A stretch of 64,000 nucleotides of DNA from Heptranchias perlo. Lineage: Eukaryota. Below are positions 61,347 to 64,000 of this stretch, piece after piece; within the stretch, counting starts at the first letter, position 1; each line of letters starts with the position of its first letter. The DNA is taken from contig NC_090332.1 of assembly GCF_035084215.1 (NCBI RefSeq), positions 13,516,001 to 13,580,000 of the forward strand. The letters run 5' to 3'. The translations under genes were made by a program, and so were the position numbers. Below the pieces are notes generated by a model that did not search any database, was not told where the DNA came from, and worked only from the letters and a program-made list of their open reading frames with translations.

Positions 61347-61583
61347 CTGAAAAGAACAGGGAAAATGTTTATAAGTATGGTGCAAAAAGCATGATGAAAA
61401 CAGATCCAACTTAAAAGGTTCATTCATTACAGCCAAGAAACAATAAACGGGGGCTACCACTTTTCCCTTAAAACAATCTCCAACTAGCCACATGTTGTGT
61501 TGGATTACAAGTAGCATGTTTTCTTTAAAAAAAAGCTAAACAAAAACTGCAAATTAATTTTAATTTGATAGGGTGTTTCTGAC

Positions 61584-61715
61584 CTTATGCAAAGTGCGAG
61601 GAACCGGGCACATTTGTGAGCTATACTTCGACCCGCTTCAAAGAAGCAAACACGTACAATGCCAGTGAGTCGTTTCTTGGTTTTTGCGTGCAGACTTTCT
61701 TTGCCATCTCGGAAA
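61584..61715 (-). CDS. BIRC6: BIRC6 coding exon 4
   Basis: cag|T TTC...AG|gtcaga; FRDGKESLHAKTKKRLTGIVRVCFFEAGRSIAHKCARFLALCI; 132 nt. Confidence 0.93.
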
Positions 61716-61987
61716 CTGTATTTGAAAAGTTCATAGGACATAAACACATCACTTCAAACTGGATCTGCAATATCTGACATTACAGGTCTCTACTTACAAA
61801 ACAGCAGCCAAGGACTCAATTATTGAACAGAATTATGGAGCAAACAGCACTTTTCTGCTTCAAGTCATAATATTCTGAATTGCATGGGTAAAAAACAAAT
61901 CTATTGTTCACATGTAAGTAGTAATACTGAAATGTTGCAAGATCTAGACAAGTTTCAGTTTATATATTGCTGCACATTTCATCCTAC

Positions 61988-62149
61988 CTGCCAAGTCCAT
62001 TTGCATGCACGCCTGCCAACCAGCAGAGAATGTCTAACACAAGGCTCTGAGCATGTTCTGTGACAGGACCATCATTCGACTTCTTGCAGAGTGTATTAAG
62101 CAGCTTTTCATGGAACTCAGAGAACTGCAACATGGCACATCTTTGCACC
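61988..62149 (-). CDS. BIRC6: BIRC6 coding exon 3
   Basis: tag|G GTG...AG|gtagga; VQRCAMLQFSEFHEKLLNTLCKKSNDGPVTEHAQSLVLDILCWLAGVHANGLG; 162 nt. Confidence 0.94.
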
Positions 62150-63138
62150 CTAAAAGACAAAAGCAGCGATTACACTGAGGCACTTTATATTGCCTTAATT
62201 TGGCCACTTGCATTTAAAGTAATCTTATCTGCACAAATATATATGACCCATCCAACACTATTCCTCAGCTTGTGGAGGGGAAAAAAGATGAACGACTCTC
62301 ATGCATTTCACACCATTATAAATTATGCCAGGAGTGGTTCGAGTTGAATCTTTCCTTCACTGTCCCCCCCCGCCCCCGACGGGAAATTTCTGTTTCCACT
62401 AGGAATCGCCTCCAAAAATCCAATATACGTGAACCTTGTAAAAATGGAACTCTCAAGAGGATTAGGCTGGAGTTATATTGCACTTTGTGCAAAATCAAAT
62501 CATTGAGAAACAACTTCCCTGACAGATTCATGCACCCCATAACTTGAGTGCACTTGGTACTGAGTTATACTGTGCTTTTGTGTCGATGGGAACTAAAAAG
62601 CCACTTTGCATCAATACTGATGGGGCGATATATAGGACACCTTTAATGTTACTAAAAGTACAAGCAGGACCAGACCGTAAAAAGCCAATATCTTAGCTTC
62701 AAACCCAAGAGCCAAAACTGTGCACTCCATTGGTCCTAAAAACACAATATTTATTTTAGATAGCAAGTTTACCCCATATTGTATTTCAGCAGACTATGAC
62801 CATCTCAAATTTCAGTTAGTGATCCAAAGACTAACTTTCAAATTTGACACTATTTGGAAGTACCAAATACAACTAATGTGATATTTATTCAAGTTATGTT
62901 GGAACAGGCCCATTTAGACTTTTCATGTTCATTTGAAAGGTTTGACCTCTGCTCCTTCATTTCCCCTCCCGCAGTCCCAGTTGCAGATGAAGACTTATCT
63001 TTTGGTATTAAGTATCTGTAATACTGAACCAAGCAACAGTGCTGCAATTGACAGGGGAAGGGTCAAGAAGGAAAGCAGGTGCAACAAGGTTGGGTTTTTA
63101 AGTTCCTTTCAAAAAGCAAATAAAAATCCCTAAATCAC

Positions 63139-63275
63139 CTTTCTTTTGGGATGTACGTTTTCTTGAATCTTCGAATAGTGACAGAAACTTCTTGCAGCAG
63201 ATCACAGCCTCTGAGATTGTCAGGTTTCTTAGAAGAGCTGCCAGACTCGGTTGCTTTTGAGGTGGATGGTTTTTC
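63139..63275 (-). CDS. BIRC6: BIRC6 coding exon 2
   Basis: cag|GAA...AG|gtgatt; EKPSTSKATESGSSSKKPDNLRGCDLLQEVSVTIRRFKKTYIPKE; 137 nt. Confidence 0.93.
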
Positions 63276-63403
63276 CTGTTAATAAAAAGAGACATTACAT
63301 TTACAAGTATACTAACACAGAAGCTAACATTCATTTTCAAAGCCTACAAGTTCATATGAAGTACAGATTCAAATCTATTCTCTATTACAGACCACTACTG
63401 TAC

Positions 63404-63585
63404 CTTTCCTGCTGTAACTTTAGCAAGTAATGAAGCAAGAGAGTGACTCTTGCTATTCTGTGGCTTCGAAGCTTGCATTCTCATGACCGGCCTTATTCCA
63501 CTACCATTAGAATTCTCTTCATTTGGCTTCTCATTAGCCGACCTGATGTGAACTAAAAATGAACGATACTTGCCACCAGCCATGC
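63404..63585 (-). CDS. BIRC6: BIRC6 coding exon 1 of window (tandem acceptor: may start at 63588)
   Basis: ctcagcag|GC ATG...AAG|gtacag; MAGGKYRSFLVHIRSANEKP...SLASLLAKVTAGK. Confidence 0.9.
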
Positions 63586-64000
63586 CTGCTGAGAAGAGTC
63601 AAAAATGAAGAATGTTCAGTTTAAATAGGCAAAGCACAAATACCACCTACTCCCCAATTACTGAATGCGTATTCAGTTTTAGGATACGTTCTAATTGCAT
63701 TACAGTCTCACCATTTGATATCAGTGTTATACAAGTGTGGGGAGGGGGAAAAGAGACAGAGTGGATATTTTCCAAAGCTATTTGTTGAAACACTGAGTAG
63801 GGGAGAACTTCAACTGCAGCCAATTCCTGACTTTTTGATCACATTTCAGCATCACCATTGAAATATAGCTTCACTGTTTTATAAATTCCAGACTTCACAT
63901 TTAATTAACCCTAAAAAGCAAGTGATGTAAAAGATTTCTGGACATAGACAAGGAGCCAAAGAAAATGGCATCATACTTGGATTTCAAGGCAACTTTTAGC

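Larger units (their letters stand above)
1..64000 (-). other. BIRC6: BIRC6 gene body (partial; 42 internal coding exons, both gene ends outside the window)
   Basis: Spliced exon translations give one uninterrupted ~2,677-codon frame collinear with vertebrate BIRC6 as recalled (e.g. YGLYSSPFDPVLFDLEM, ARRFVTLDFGRPILLTD, PISSTWYDYWG, HPMYGAGHKYRTLHLP). All introns are GT-AG with consistent phases. Confidence 0.97.

Noticed and set aside
222-63585. U12-type or non-canonical introns, and BIRC6 pseudogenisation
   Set aside because: All 41 internal introns are GT-AG, none has the GTATCCTT/ATATCCTT donor, and the spliced frame has no stops or phase conflicts.
1-64000. CRISPR array, operon or other prokaryotic/viral system
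   Set aside because: No regularly spaced repeats or dense ORF clusters; the window is intron-exon vertebrate DNA throughout.

Overview
Vertebrate genomic DNA, most likely from a cartilaginous fish (inferred from the repeat families: Deu-domain SINEs, CR1, L2 and Penelope-derived pieces). The whole window lies inside one gene on the minus strand, BIRC6 (BRUCE/Apollon). I traced 42 consecutive internal coding exons (63585 down to 222; about 8.03 kb of CDS, about 2,677 codons). All have GT-AG boundaries and the reading phase stays consistent throughout. The N-terminal BIR domain and C-terminal UBC domain lie outside the window. Introns are full of truncated retroelements: CR1, L2, a Vingi-like LINE, a second LINE lineage, two SINE families, MITE-like palindromes and a Penelope-derived inverted element. 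I found no prokaryotic-type system, tRNA, rRNA or CRISPR array, and no clearly novel multi-gene system. The best leads are splicing and RNA-level: inverted CR1 copies flanking exon blocks (circRNA geometry), two candidate microexons, a 27-nt alternative donor, a 118-bp near-perfect duplication bracketing a frame-symmetric exon, and degenerate hammerhead-like motifs. Exons are numbered within the window in transcription order. Protein and repeat-family identities come from recalled sequences, not a database search, and repeat boundaries are approximate.
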